This document shows, in pieces, positions 37,883-52,000 of a stretch of 64,000 nt of DNA. Made by a program: the position numbers and the translations under genes. The notes under the pieces were generated by a model. That model made no database searches. It saw nothing but the letters and a program-made list of their open reading frames with translations, and was not told the DNA's origin. Position 1 is the stretch's first letter, and every line of letters starts with the position of its first letter. The stretch lies in contig NEEC01000027.1 of NCBI GenBank assembly GCA_002189035.1, forward strand, positions 620,001 to 684,000, written 5' to 3'. Origin of the DNA: Utricularia gibba (taxonomy: Eukaryota > Plantae > Magnoliophyta).

Positions 37883-40800
37883 GAGCTCTGATACATTGTC
37901 GGACGACAAAGCTTCCAACACGGAAGATGACCGGCTAGAATGAGCTTTGAAACGGTATCCTGTGCGTAGCGTGACTTATCACAAGATATCGACAAGATAT
38001 TGAACGAGGCACGAGGCATGCATCATGTGTGCGTAGGAACACACCCGTGGCATTGTAAGGGATCGCGTCGAAAACAAAAATTTCACACCTTCCAATGAAA
38101 TGCATATGTTTTGCATGCGAGAAATCCCATTCCTGTCGAATCGGAAGTCCCGAGTCACACCATCGCGAACGTCGTGGCCATTTGTGGCACAATTGAAGGC
38201 TAATAGAAGGCAATAATTAGAGCTCTGATACATCGTCGGATTACGAAGCTTCCAACACGGAAGATGCTCGGCTAAGAATGAGCTTTGAAACGTCATGCCG
38301 TGCGCAGCGTGACTCATCACGGTTTGCAAGATATCGACAAGATATTGAACGAGGCACGAGGCATGCATCAGGTGTGCGTAAGAACACACCCGTAGCATTG
38401 TAAGGGATCGCCTCGAAAACGAAAATTTCACACCTTCCAATGAAATGCATATGTATTGCATGCGAGAAATCCCATTCCTGTCGAATCGGAAGTCCCGAGT
38501 CACACCATCGCGAACGTCGTGGCCACTTTGTGGCACAATTGAAGGCTAATAGAAGGCAATAATTCGAGCTCTGATACATTTTGGACGACAAAGCTTCCAA
38601 TACGGAAGATGACAGCTCAGAATGAGCTTTGAAACGGTATCCTGTGCGTAGCGTGACTCATCACGGTTTGCAAGATATCGACAAGATATTGAACGAGGCA
38701 CGAGGCATGCATCAGTTGTGCGTATGAACACACCGTGGCATTGTAAGGGATCTCAAAATGAAAATTTCACACCTTCCAATGAAATCCATATGTTTTTCAA
38801 ACGAGAAATCACATTCGCGTCGAATCGGAAGCCCGAGTCGAATTATCGCGAACGTCATGGCAATTTGTGGCACAATTGAAGGCTAATATAAGGAAATAAT
38901 TCGAGCTCTGATAAATCGTCGGACGACGAAGCTTCCATCACGGATGATGACCGCCTCGGAATGAGCTTCGAAACGGTGTGTCGTGCGCAACGCGGGTAAT
39001 CACGGTTTTGAAGATATCGACAAAATACGGAATGGTGCACGAGGTCACATCAGGTGTGGGTTGGAAAACACCCGTGGCATTGTAAGGGATCGCCTCGAAA
39101 ACGAAAATTTCACACCTTCCAATGAAATCCATATGTCTTGATAGCGAGAAATCACATTCACGTCGAATCGGAAGTCCCGAGTCGCATCGTCGCGAACGTC
39201 GTGGCCAATTTGGGGCACAATTGAAGGCTAAATACGACAATAATTCGAGCTCTGATACATCGTCGGATGACAAAGCTTCCAACACGGAAGATGACCGCTC
39301 CGAATGAGCTTCGAAACGGTGTGTCGTGCGCTACGTGGCTCATCACGGTTTTCAAGATATCGATAAAATACGAATGGTGCACGAGGCATGCATCATGTGT
39401 GCGTAGGAACACACCCGTGGCATTGTAAGGGATCGCGTCGAAAACAAAATTTCACACCTTCCAATGAAATGCATATGCTTTGCATGCGAGAAATCCCATT
39501 CCTGTCGAATCGGAAGTCCCGAGTCAAACCATCGCGAACGTCGTGGCCACTTTGTGGCACAATTGAAGGCTAATAGAAGGCAATAATTCGAGCTCTGATA
39601 CATTGTCGGACGACAAAGCTTCCAACACGGAAGATGACCGGCTCAGAATGAGCTTTGAAACGGTATCCTGTGCGTAGCGTGACTATCACGGTTTGCAAGA
39701 TATCGACAAGATATTGAACGAGGCACGAGGCATGCATCATGTGTGCGTAGAAACACACCCGTGGCATTGTAAGGGATCGCGTCGAAAACAAAATTTCACA
39801 CCTTCCAATGAAATGCATATGCTTTGCATGCGAGAAATCCCATTCGTCGAATCGGAAGTCCCGAGTCACGCCATCGCGAACGTCGTGGCCACTTTGTGGC
39901 ACAATTGAAGGCTAATAGAAGGCAATAATTAGAGCTCTGATACATCGTCGGACGAAGCTTCCAACACGGAAGATGCTCGGCTAAGAATGAGCTTTGAAAC
40001 GTCATGCCGTGCGCAGCGTGACTCATCACGGTTTGCAAGATATCGACAAGATATTGAACGAGGCACGAGGCATGCATCAGGTGTGCGTAAGAACACACCC
40101 GTGCATTGTAAGGGATCGCCTCGAAAACGAAAATTTCACACCTTCCAATGAAATGCATATGTATTGCATGCGAGAAATCCATTCCTGTCGAATCGGAAGT
40201 CCCGAGTCAAAGCATCGCGAACGTCGTGGCCACTTTGTGGCACAATTGAAGGCTAATAGAAGGCAATAATTCGAGCTCTGATACATTGTCGGACGACAAA
40301 GCTTCCAACACGGAAGATGACCGGCTTTGAATGAGCTTTGAAACGGTATCTGTGCGTAGCGTGACTTATCACGGTTTGCAAGATATCGACAAGATATTGA
40401 ACGAGGCACGAGGCATGCATCATGTGTGCGTAGGAACACACCCGTGGCATTGTAAGGGATCGCGTCGAAAACAAAAATTTCACACCTTCCAATGAAATGC
40501 ATATGCTTTGCATGCGAGAAATCCCATTCCTGTCGAATCGGAAGTCCCGAGTCACACCATCGCGAACGTCGTGGCCACTTTGTGGCACAATTGAAGGCTA
40601 ATAGAAGGCAATAATTAGAGCTCTGATACATCGTCGGATTACGAAGCTTCCAACACGGAAGATGACCGGCTAAGAATGAGCTTTGAAACGTCATGCCGTG
40701 CGCAGCGTGACTCATCACGGTTTGCAAGATATCGACAAGATATTGAACGAGGCACGAGGCATGCATCAGGTGTGCGTAAGAACACACCCGTGCATTGTAA

Positions 40801-43800
40801 GGGATCGCCTCGAAAACGAAAATTTCACACCTTCCAATGAAATGCATATGTTTTGCATGCGAGAAATCCATTCCTGTCGAATCGGAAGTCCCGAGTCACA
40901 CCATCGCGAACGTCGTGGCCACTTTGTGGCACAATTGAAGGCTAATAGAAGGCAATAATTAGAGCTCTGATACATCGTCGGACGACGAAGCTTCCAACAC
41001 GGAAGATGACCGGCTAAGAATGAGCTTTGAAACGGTCATCCGTGCGCAGCGTGACTCATCACGGTTTGCAAGATATCAACAAGATATTGAACGAGGCACG
41101 AGGCATGCATCATGTGTGCGTAGGAACACACCCGTGGCATTGTAAGGGATCGCGTCGAAAACGAAAATTTCACACCTTCCAATGAAATGCATATGTTTTG
41201 CATGCGAGAAATCACATTCGCATCGAATCGGAAGTCCCGAGTCGCATCGTCGCGAACGTCGTGGCCAATTTGGGGCACAATTGAAGGCTAAAATACGGCA
41301 ATAATTCGAGCTCTGATACATCGTCGGACGACAAAGCTTCCAACACGGAAGATGACCGGCTCAGAATGAGATTTAAAACGTCATGCTGTGCGCAGCGTGA
41401 CTCATCACGGTTTGCAAGATATTGCAAGATATTGAACGCGGCACGAAGCATGCATCAGTTGTGCGTATGAACACACCCGTGGCATTGTAAGGGATCACCT
41501 CAAAAATGAAAATTTCACACCTTCCAATGAAATCCATATGTTTTACAAACGAGAAATCACATTCGCGTCGAATCGGAAGCCCCGAGTCGAATTATCGCGA
41601 ACGTCATGGCAACTTTGTGGCACAATTGAAGGCTAATATAAGGAAATAATTCGAGCTCTGATAAATCGTCGGACGACGAAGCTTCCATCACGGATGATGA
41701 CCGCCTCGGAATGAGCTTCGAAACGGTGTGTCGTGCGCAACGCGGGTAATCACGGTTTTGAAGATATCGACAAAATACGGAATGGTGCACGAGGTCACAT
41801 CAGGTGTGGGTTGAAAAACACCCGTGGCATTGTAAGGGATCGCCTCGAAAACGAAAATTTCACACCTTCCAATGAAATGCATATGTATTGCATGCGCGAA
41901 ATCCCATTCCTGTCGAATCGGAAGTCCCGAGTCAAACCATCGCGAACGTCGTGGCCACTTTGTGGCACAATTGAAGGCTAATAGAAGGCAATAATTCGAG
42001 CTCTGATACATTGTCGGACGACAAAGCTTCCAACACGGAAGATGACCGGCTCAGAATGAGCTTTGAAACGGTATCCTGTGCGTAGCGTGACTTATCACGG
42101 TTTGCAAGATATCGACAAGATATTGAACGAGGCACGAGGCATGCATCATGTGTGCGTAGGAACACACCCGTGGCATTGTAAGGGATCGCGTCGAAAACAA
42201 AAATTTCACACCTTCCAATGAAATGCATATGCTTTGCATGCGAGAAATCCCATTCCTGTCGAATCGGAAGTCCCGAGTCACACCATCGCGAACGTCGTGG
42301 CCACTTTGTGGCACAATTGAAGGCTAATAGAAGGCAATAATTAGAGCTCTGATACATCGTCGGATTACGAAGCTTCCAACGGAAGATGCTCGGCTAAGAA
42401 TGAGCTTTGAAACGTATGCCGTGCGCAGCGTGACTCATCACGGTTTGCAAGATATCGACAAGATATTGAACGAGGCACGAGGCATGCATCAGGTGTGCGT
42501 AAGAACACACCCGTGCATTGTAAGGGATCGCCTCGAAAACGAAAATTTCACACCTTCCAATGAAATGCATATGTTTTGCATGCGAGAAATCCCATTCCTG
42601 TCGAATCGGAAGTCCCGAGTCACACCATCGCGAACGTCGTGGCCACTTTGTGGCACAATTGAAGGCTAATAGAAGGCAATAATTCGAGCTCTGATACATC
42701 GTCGGACGACAAAGCTTCCAACACGGAAGATGACCGGCTCAGAATGAGCTTTGAAACGGTGCGTAGCGTGACTCATCACGGTTTGCAAGATATCGACAAG
42801 ATATTGAACGAGGCAAAGGTGCATCAGTTGTGCGTATGAACACACCGTGGCATTGTAAGGGATCACCTCAAAAATGAAAATTTCACACCTTCCAATGAAA
42901 TCCATATGTTTTACAAACGAGAAATCACATTCGCGTCGAATCGGAAGCCCCGAGTCGAATTATCGCGAACGTCATGGCAACTTTGGCACAATTGAAGGCT
43001 AATATAAGGAAATAATTCGAGCTCTGATAATCGTCGGACGACGAAGCTTCCATCACGGATGATGACCGCCTCGGAATGAGCTTCGAAACGGTGTGTCGTG
43101 CGCAACGCGGGTAATCACGGTTTGAAGATATCGACAAAATACGAATGGTGCACGAGGTCTACATCAGGTGTGGTTGGAAACACCCGTGGCATTGTAAGGG
43201 ATCGCCTCGAAAACGAAAATTTCACACCTTCCAATGAAATCCATATGTTTGCAGCGAGAAATCACATTCCGTCGAATCGGAAGTCCCGAGTCGCATCGTC
43301 GCGAACGTCGTGGCCAATTTGGGCACAATTGAAGGCTAAATACGACAATAATTCGAGCTCTGATACATCGTCGGATGACAAAGCTTCCAACACGGAAGAT
43401 GACCGCCTCGAATGAGCTTCGAAACGGTGTGTCGTGCGCTACGTGGCTCATCACGGTTTTCAAGATATCGATAAAATACGAATGGTGCACGAGGCATGCA
43501 TCATGTGTGCGTAGGAACACACCCGTGGCATTGTAAGGGATCGCGTCGAAAACAAAAATTTCACACCTTCCAATGAAATGCATATGCTTTGCATGCGAGA
43601 AATCCCATTCCTGTCGAATCGGAAGTCCGAGTCAAACCATGGCGAACGTCGTGGCCACTTTGTGGCACAATTGAAGGCTAATAGAAGGCAATAATTCGAG
43701 CTCTGATACATTGTCGGACGACAAAGCTTCCAACACGGAAGATGACCGGCTCAGAATGAGCTTTGAAACGGTATCCTGTGCGTAGCGTGACTTATCACGG

Positions 43801-46098
43801 TTTGCAAGATATCGACAAGATATTGAACGAGGCACGAGGCATGCATCATGGTGGCGTAGGAACACACCCGTGGCATTGTAAGGGATCGCGTCGAAAACAA
43901 AAATTTCACACCTTCCAATGAAATGCATATGCTTTGCATGCGAGAAATCCCATTCCTGTCGAATCGGAAGTCCCGAGTCGCATCGCGAACGTCGTGGCCA
44001 CTTTGTGGCACAATTGAAGGCTAATAGAAGGCAATAATTAGAGCTCTGATACATCGTCGGATTACGAAGCTTCCAACACGGAAGATGCCGGCTAGAATGA
44101 GCTTTGAAACGTCATGCCGTGCGCAGCGTGACTCATCACGGTTTGCAAGATATCGACAAGATATTGAACGAGGCACGAGGCATGCATCAGGTGTGCGTAA
44201 GAACACACCCGTGCATTGTAAGGGATCGCCTCGAAAACGAAAATTTCACACCTTCCAATGAAATGCATATGTATTGCATGCGCGAAATCCCATTCCTGTC
44301 GAATCGGAAGTCCCGAGTCAAACATCGCGAACGTCGTGGCCACTTTGTGGCACAATTGAAGGCTAATAGAAGGCAATAATTCGAGCTCTGATACATTGTC
44401 GGACGACAAAGCTTCCAACACGGAAGATGACCGGCTTGAATGAGCTTTGAAACGGTATCCTGTGCGTAGCGTGACTTATCACGGTTTGCAAGATATCGAC
44501 AAGATATTGAACGAGGCACGAGGTGCATCATGTGTGCGTAGGAACACACCCGTGGCATTGTAAGGGATCGCGTCGAAAACAAAAATTTCACACCTTCCAA
44601 TGAAATGCATATGCTTTGCATGCGAGAAATCCATTCCTGTCGAATCGGAAGTCCCGAGTCACACCATCGCGAACGTCGTGGCCACTTTGTGGCACAATTG
44701 AAGGCTAAAGAAGGCAATAATTCGAGCTCTGATACATCGTCGGAACGAAGCTTCCAACACGGAAGATGCCGGCTAAGAATGAGCTTTGAAACGTCATGCC
44801 GTGCGCAGCGTGACTCATCACGGTTTGCAAGATATCGACAAGATATTGAACGAGGCACGAGGCATGCATCAGGTGTGCGTAAGAACACACCCGTGCATTG
44901 TAAGGGATCGCCTCGAAAACGAAAATTTCACACCTTCCAATGAAATGCATATGTATTTGCATGCGAGAAATCCCATTCGTCGAATCGGAAGTCCCGAGTC
45001 ACACCATCGCGAACGTCGTGGCCACTTTGTGGCACAATTGAAGGCTAATAGAAGGCAATAATTCGAGCTCTGATACATCGTCGGACGACAAGCTTCCAAC
45101 ACGGAAGATGACCGGCTCAGAATGAGCTTTGAAACGTCATGCCGTGCGCAGCGTGACTCATCACGGTTTGCAAGATATCGACAAGATATTGAACGAGGCA
45201 CGAGGCATGCATCATGTGTGCGTAGGAACACACCCGTGGCATTGTAAGGGATCGCGTCGAAAACGAAAATTTCACACCTTCCAATGAAATGCATATGTTT
45301 GCATGCGAGAAATCACATTCGCATCGAATCGGAAGTCCCGAGTCGCATCGTCGCGAACGTCGTGGCCAATTTGGGGCACATTGAAGGCTAAAATACGGCA
45401 ATAATTCGAGCTCTGATACATCGTCGGACGACAAAGCTTCCAACACGGAAGATGACCGGCTCAGAATGAGATTTAAAACGTCATGCTGTGCGCAGCGTGA
45501 CTCATCACGGTTTGCAAGATATTGCAAGATATTGAACGCGGCACGAAGCATGCATCAGTTGTGCGTATGAACACACCCGTGGCATTGTAAGGGATCACCT
45601 CAAAAATGAAAATTTCACACCTTCCAATGAAATCCATATGTTTTACAAACGAGAAATCACATTCGCGTCGAATCGGAAGCCCCGAGTCGAATTATCGCGA
45701 ACGTCATGGCAACTTTGTGGCACAATTGAAGGCTAATATAAGGAAATAATTCGAGCTCTGATAAATCGTCGGACGACGAAGCTTCCATCACGGATGATGA
45801 CCGCCTCGGAATGAGCTTCGAAACGGTGTGTCGTGCGCAACGCGGGTAATCACGGTTTTGAAGATATCGACAAAATACGGAATGGTGCACGAGGTCTACA
45901 TCAGGTGTGGGTTGAAAAACACCCGTGGCATTGTAAGGGATCGCCTCGAAAACGAAAATTTCACACCTTCCAATGAAATGCATATGTATTGCATGCGCGA
46001 AATCCCATTCCTGTCGAATCGGAAGTCCCGAGTCAAACCATCGCGAACGTCGTGGCCACTTTGTGGCACAATTGAAGGCTAATAGAAGGCAATAATTC
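37883..46098. repeat. Tandem duplication of a 12-monomer block (A B C/D F G A B A B B/C D E) x2, ~4.1 kb each
   Basis: Blocks start at 37883 and 41998 and the next A is at 46099. Both contain the rare C/D fusion monomer (38566, 42686) followed by F and G, and a B/C hybrid before D. Confidence 0.8.
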
Positions 46099-49000
46099 GA
46101 GCTCTGATACATTGTCGGACGACAAAGCTTCCAACACGGAAGATGACCGGCTTAGAATGAGCTTTGAAACGGTATCCTGTGCGTAGCGTGACTTATCACG
46201 GTTTGCAAGATATCGACAAGATATTGAACGAGGCACGAGGCATGCATCATGTGTGCGTAGGAACACACCCGTGGCATTGTAAGGGATCGCGTCGAAAACA
46301 AAAATTTCACACCTTCCAATGAAATGCATATGCTTTGCATGCGAGAAATCCATTCCTGTCGAATCGGAAGTCCCGAGTCACACCATCGCGAACGTCGTGG
46401 CCACTTTGTGGCACAATTGAAGGCTAATAGAAGGCAATAATTAGAGCTCTGATACATCGTCGGATTACGAAGCTTCCAACACGGAAGATGCTCGGCTAAG
46501 AATGAGCTTTGAAACGTCATGCCGTGCGCAGCGTGACTCATCACGGTTTGCAAGATATCGACAAGATATTGAACGAGGCACGAGGCATGCATCAGGTGTG
46601 CGTAAGAAACACCCGTGCATTGTAAGGGATCGCCTCGAAAACGAAAATTTCACACCTTCCAATGAAATGCATATGTATTGCATGCGAGAAATCCCATTCC
46701 TGTCGAATCGGAAGTCCCGAGTCACACCATCGCGAACGTCGTGGCCACTTTGTGGCACAATTGAAGGCTAATAGAAGGCAATAATTCGAGCTCTGATACA
46801 TCGTCGGACGACGAAGCTTCCAACACGGAAGATGACCGGCTCAGAATGAGCTTTGAAACGGTATGCCGTGCGCAGCGTGACTCATCACGGTTTGCAAGAT
46901 ATCGACAAGATATTGAACGAGGCACGAGGCATGCATCATTGTGCGTAGAACACACCCGTGGCATTGTAAGGGATCGCGTCGAAAACGAAAATTTCACACC
47001 TTCCAATGAAATGCATATGTTTGCATGCGAGAAATCACATTCGCATCGAATCGGAAGTCCCGAGTCGCATCGTCGCGAACGTCGTGGCCAATTTGGGGCA
47101 CAATTGAAGGCTAAAATACGGCAATAATTCGAGCTCTGATACATCGTCGGACGACAAAGCTTCCAACACGGAAGATGACCGGCTCAGAATGAGATTTAAA
47201 ACGTCATGCTGTGCGCAGCGTGACTCATCACGGTTTGCAAGATATTGCAAGATATTGAACGCGGCACGAGCATGCATCAGTTGTGCGTATGAACACACCC
47301 GTGGCATTGTAAGGGATCACCTCAAAAATGAAAATTTCACACCTTCCAATGAAATCCATATGTTTTACAAACGAGAAATCACATTCGCGTCGAATCGGAA
47401 GCCCCGAGTCGAATTATCGCGAACGTCATGGCAATTTGTGGCACAATTGAAGGCTAATATAAGGAAATAATTCGAGCTCTGATAAATCGTCGGACGACGA
47501 AGCTTCCATCACGGATGATGACCGCCTCGGAATGAGCTTCGAAACGGTGTGTCGTGCGCAACGCGGGTAATCACGGTTTTGAAGATATCGACAAAATACG
47601 GAATGGTGCACGAGGTCTACATCAGGTGTGGGTTGGAAAACACCCGTGGCATTGTAAGGGATCGCCTCGAAAACGAAAATTTCACACCTTCCAATGAAAT
47701 GCATATGTATTTGCATGCGAGAAATCCATTCCTGTCGAATCGGAAGTCCCGAGTCAAACCATCGCGAACGTCGTGGCCACTTTGTGGCACAATTGAAGGC
47801 TAATAGAAGGCAATAATTCGAGCTCTGATACATTGTCGGACGACAAAGCTTCCAACACGGAAGATGACCGCTCCGAATGAGCTTCGAACGGTGTGTCGTG
47901 CGCTACGTGGCTCATCACGGTTTTCAAGATATCGATAAAATACAGAATGGCACGAGGCATGCATCATGTGTGCGTAAGAACACACCCGTGGCATTGTAAG
48001 GGATCGCCTCGAAAAAAAAATTTCACACCTTCCAATGAAATGCATATGTTTGCATGCGAGAAATCATTCCGTCGAATCGGAAGTCCCGAGTCAAACCATC
48101 GCGAACGTCGTGGCCACTTGTGGCACAATTGAAGGCTAATAGAAGGCAATAATTCGAGCTCTGATACATTGTCGGACGACAAAGCTTCCAACACGGAAGA
48201 TGACCGCTCAGAATGAGCTTTGAAACGGTATCCTGTGCGTAGCGTGACTTATCACGGTTTGCAAGATATCGACAAGATATTGAACGAGGCACGAGGCATG
48301 CATCAGTGTGCGTAGGAACACACCCGTGGCATTGTAAGGGATCGCCTCGAAAACAAAAATTTCACACCTCCAATGAAATGCATATGTTGCATGCGAGAAA
48401 TCCCATTCCTGTCGAATCGGAAGTCCCGAGTCAATCGCGAACGTCGGCCACTTTGTGGCACAATTGAAGGCTAATAGAAGGCAATAATTCGAGCTCTGAT
48501 ACATCGTCGGACGACAAAGCTTCCAACACGGAAGATGACCGGCTCAGAATGAGCTTTGAAACGTATGCCGTGAGCAAGATATTGAACGAGGCACGAGGCA
48601 TGCATCATGTGTGCGTAGGAACACACCCGTGGCATTGTAAGGGATCGCTCGAAAACAAAAATTTCACACCTTCCAATGAAATGCATATGCAGAAATCCCA
48701 TTCCTGTCGAATCGGAAGTCCCGAGTCACACCATCGCGAACGTCGTGGCCACTTTGTGGCACAATTGAAGGCTAATAGAAGGCAATAATTGAGCTCTGAT
48801 ACATCGTCGGAAACGAAAGCTTCCAACACGGAAGATGCTCGGCTAAGAATGAGCTTTGAAACGTCATGCCGTGCGCAGCGTGACTCATCACGGTTTGCAA
48901 GATATCGACAAGATATTGAACGAGGCACGAGGCATGCATCAGGTGTGCGTAAGAACACACCCGTGCATTGTAAGGGATCGCCTCGAAAACGAAAATTTCA

Positions 49001-52000
49001 CACCTTCCAATGAAATGCATATGTATTGCATGCGAGAAATCCCATTCCTGTCGAATCGGAAGTCCCGAGTCAACCATCGCGAACGTCGTGGCCACTTTGT
49101 GGCACAATTGAAGGCTAATAGAAGGCAATAATTCGAGCTCTGATACATTGTCGGACGACAAAGCTTCCAACACGGAAGATGACCGGCTCAGAATGAGCTT
49201 TGAAACGGTATCCTGTGCGTAGCGTGACTCATCACGGTTTGCAAGATATCGACAAGATATTGAACGAGGCACGAGGCATGCATCAGTGTGCGTAGGAACA
49301 CACCCGTGGCATTGTAAGGGATCGCGTCGAAAACGAAATTTTTCACACTTCCAATGAAATGCATATGTTTTGCAGCGAGAAATCACATTCGTCGAATCGG
49401 AAGTCCCGAGTCGCATCGTCGCGAACGTCGTGGCCAATTTGGGGCACAATTGAAGGCTAAAAAGGCAATAATTCGAGCTCTGATACATCGTCGGACGACA
49501 AAGCTTCCAACACGGAAGATGACCGGCTCAGAATGAGATTTAAACGTCATGCTGTGCGCAGCGTGACTCATCACGGTTTGCAAGATATTGCAAGATATTG
49601 AACGCGGCACGAAGCATGCATCAGTTGTGCGTATGAACACACCCGTGGCATTGTAAGGGATCACCTCAAAAATGAAAATTTCACACCTTCCAATGAAATC
49701 CATATGTTTTACAAACGAGAAATCACATTCGCGTCGAATCGGAAGCCCGAGTCGAATTATCGCGAACGTCATGGCAACTTTGTGGCACAATTGAAGGCTA
49801 ATAAAGGAAATAATTCGAGCTCTGATAAATCGTCGGACGACGAAGCTTCCATCACGGATGATGACCGCCTCGGAATGAGCTTCGAAACGGTGTGTCGTGC
49901 GCAACGCGGGTAATCACGGTTTGAAGATATCGAAAAATACGGAATGGTGCACGAGGTCTACATCAGGTGTGGGTTGGAAAACACCCGTGGCATTGTAAGG
50001 GATCGCCTCGAAAACGAAAATTTCACACCTTCCAATGAAATGCATATGTATTGCATGCGCGAAATCCCATTCCTGTCGAATCGGAAGTCCCGAGTCAAAC
50101 CATCGCGAACGTCGTGGCCACTTTGTGGCACACATTGAAGGCTAATAGAAGGCAATAATTCGAGCTCTGATACATTGTCGGACGACAAAGCTTCCAACAC
50201 GGAAGATGACCGGCTCAGAATGAGCTTTGAAACGGTATCCTGTGCGTAGCGTGACTTATCACGGTTTGCAAGATATCGACAAGATATTGAACGAGGCACG
50301 AGGCATGCATCATGTGTGCGTAGGAACACACCCGTGGCATTGGGGATCGCGTCGAAAACAAATTTCACACCTTCCAATGAAATGCATATGCTTTGCATGC
50401 GAGAAATCCCATTCCTGTCGAATCGGAAGTCCCGAGTCACACCATCGCGAACGTCGTGGCCACTTTGTGGCACAATTGAAGGCTAATAGAAGGCAATAAT
50501 TAGAGCTCTGATACATCGTCGGATTACGAAGCTTCCAACACGGAAGATGCCGGCTAGAATGAGCTTTGAAACGTCATGCCGTGCGCAGCGTGACTCATCA
50601 CGGTTTGCAAGATCGACAAGATATTGAACGAGGCACGAGGCATGCATCAGGTGTGCGTAAGAACACCGTCATTGTAAGGGATCGCCTCGAAAACGAAAAT
50701 TTCACACCTTCCAATGAAATGCATATGTTGCATGCGCGAAATCCATTCCTGTCGAATCGGAAGTCCCGAGTCAAACATCGCGAACGTCGTGGCCACTTTG
50801 TGGCACAATTGAAGGCTAATAGAAGGCAATAATTCGAGCTCTGATACATTGTCGGACGACAAAAGCTTCCAACACGGAAGATGACCGGCTTAGAATGAGC
50901 TTTGAAACGGTATCCTGTGCGTAGCGTGACTTATCACGGTTTGCAAGATATCGACAAGATATTGAACGAGGCACGAGGCATGCATCATGTGTGCGTAGGA
51001 ACACACCCGTGGCATTGTAAGGGATCGCGTCGAAAACAAAAATTTCACACCTTCCAATGAAATGCATATGCTTTGCATGCGAGAAATCCCATTCCTGTCG
51101 AATCGGAAGTCCGAGTCACACCATCGCGAACGTCGTGGCCACTTTGTGGCACAATTGAAGGCTAATAGAAGGCAATAATTAGAGCTCTGATACATCGTCG
51201 GATTACGAAGCTTCCAACACGGAAGATGCTCGGCTAAGAATGAGCTTTGAAACGTCATGCCGTGCGCAGCGTGACTCATCACGGTTTGCAAGATATCGAC
51301 AAGATATTGAACGAGGCACGAGGCATGCATCAGGTGTGCGTAAGAACACACCCGTGGCATTGTAAGGGATCGCCTCGAAAACGAAAATTTCACACCTTCC
51401 AATGAAATGCATATGTATTGCATGCGAGAAATCCCATTCCTGTCGAATCGGAAGTCCCGAGTCACACCATCGCGAACGTCGTGGCCACTTTGTGGCACAA
51501 TTGAAGGCTAATAGAAGGCAATAATACATTGTCGGACGACAAAGCTTCCAACACGGAAGATGACCGGCTCAGAATGAGCTTTGAAACGGTATCCTGTGCG
51601 TAGCGTGACTCATCACGGTTTGCAAGATATCGACAAGATATTGAACGAGGCACGAGGCATGCATCATGGTGTGCGTAGGAACACACCCGTGGCATTGTAA
51701 GGGATCGCGTCGAAAACGAAATTTTCACACCTTCCAATGAAATGCATATGTTTTGCATGCGAGAAATCACATTCGTCGAATCGGAAGTCCCGAGTCGCAT
51801 CGTCGCGAACGTCGTGGCCAATTTGGGGCACAATTGAAGGCTAAAATACGGCAATAATTCGAGCTCTGATACATCGTCGGACGACAAAGCTTCCAACACG
51901 GAAGATGACCGGCTCAGAATGAGATTTAAAACGTCATGCTGTGCGCAGCGTGACTCATCACGGTTTGCAAGATATTGCAAGATATTGAACGCGGCACGAA

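Larger units (their letters stand above)
17237..41997. repeat. Super-HOR copy 1 (72 monomers, ~24.76 kb)
   Basis: The monomer-type order from 17237 is A B C/D F G A B A B B/C D E A B B/C D E A/G A B/A B C D E A B A B C D E(del) C D F G A B A C D F G/E(del) A B/H I J C D F G A B C D E... The same order is repeated from 41998, including the rare marker monomers. Confidence 0.85.
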
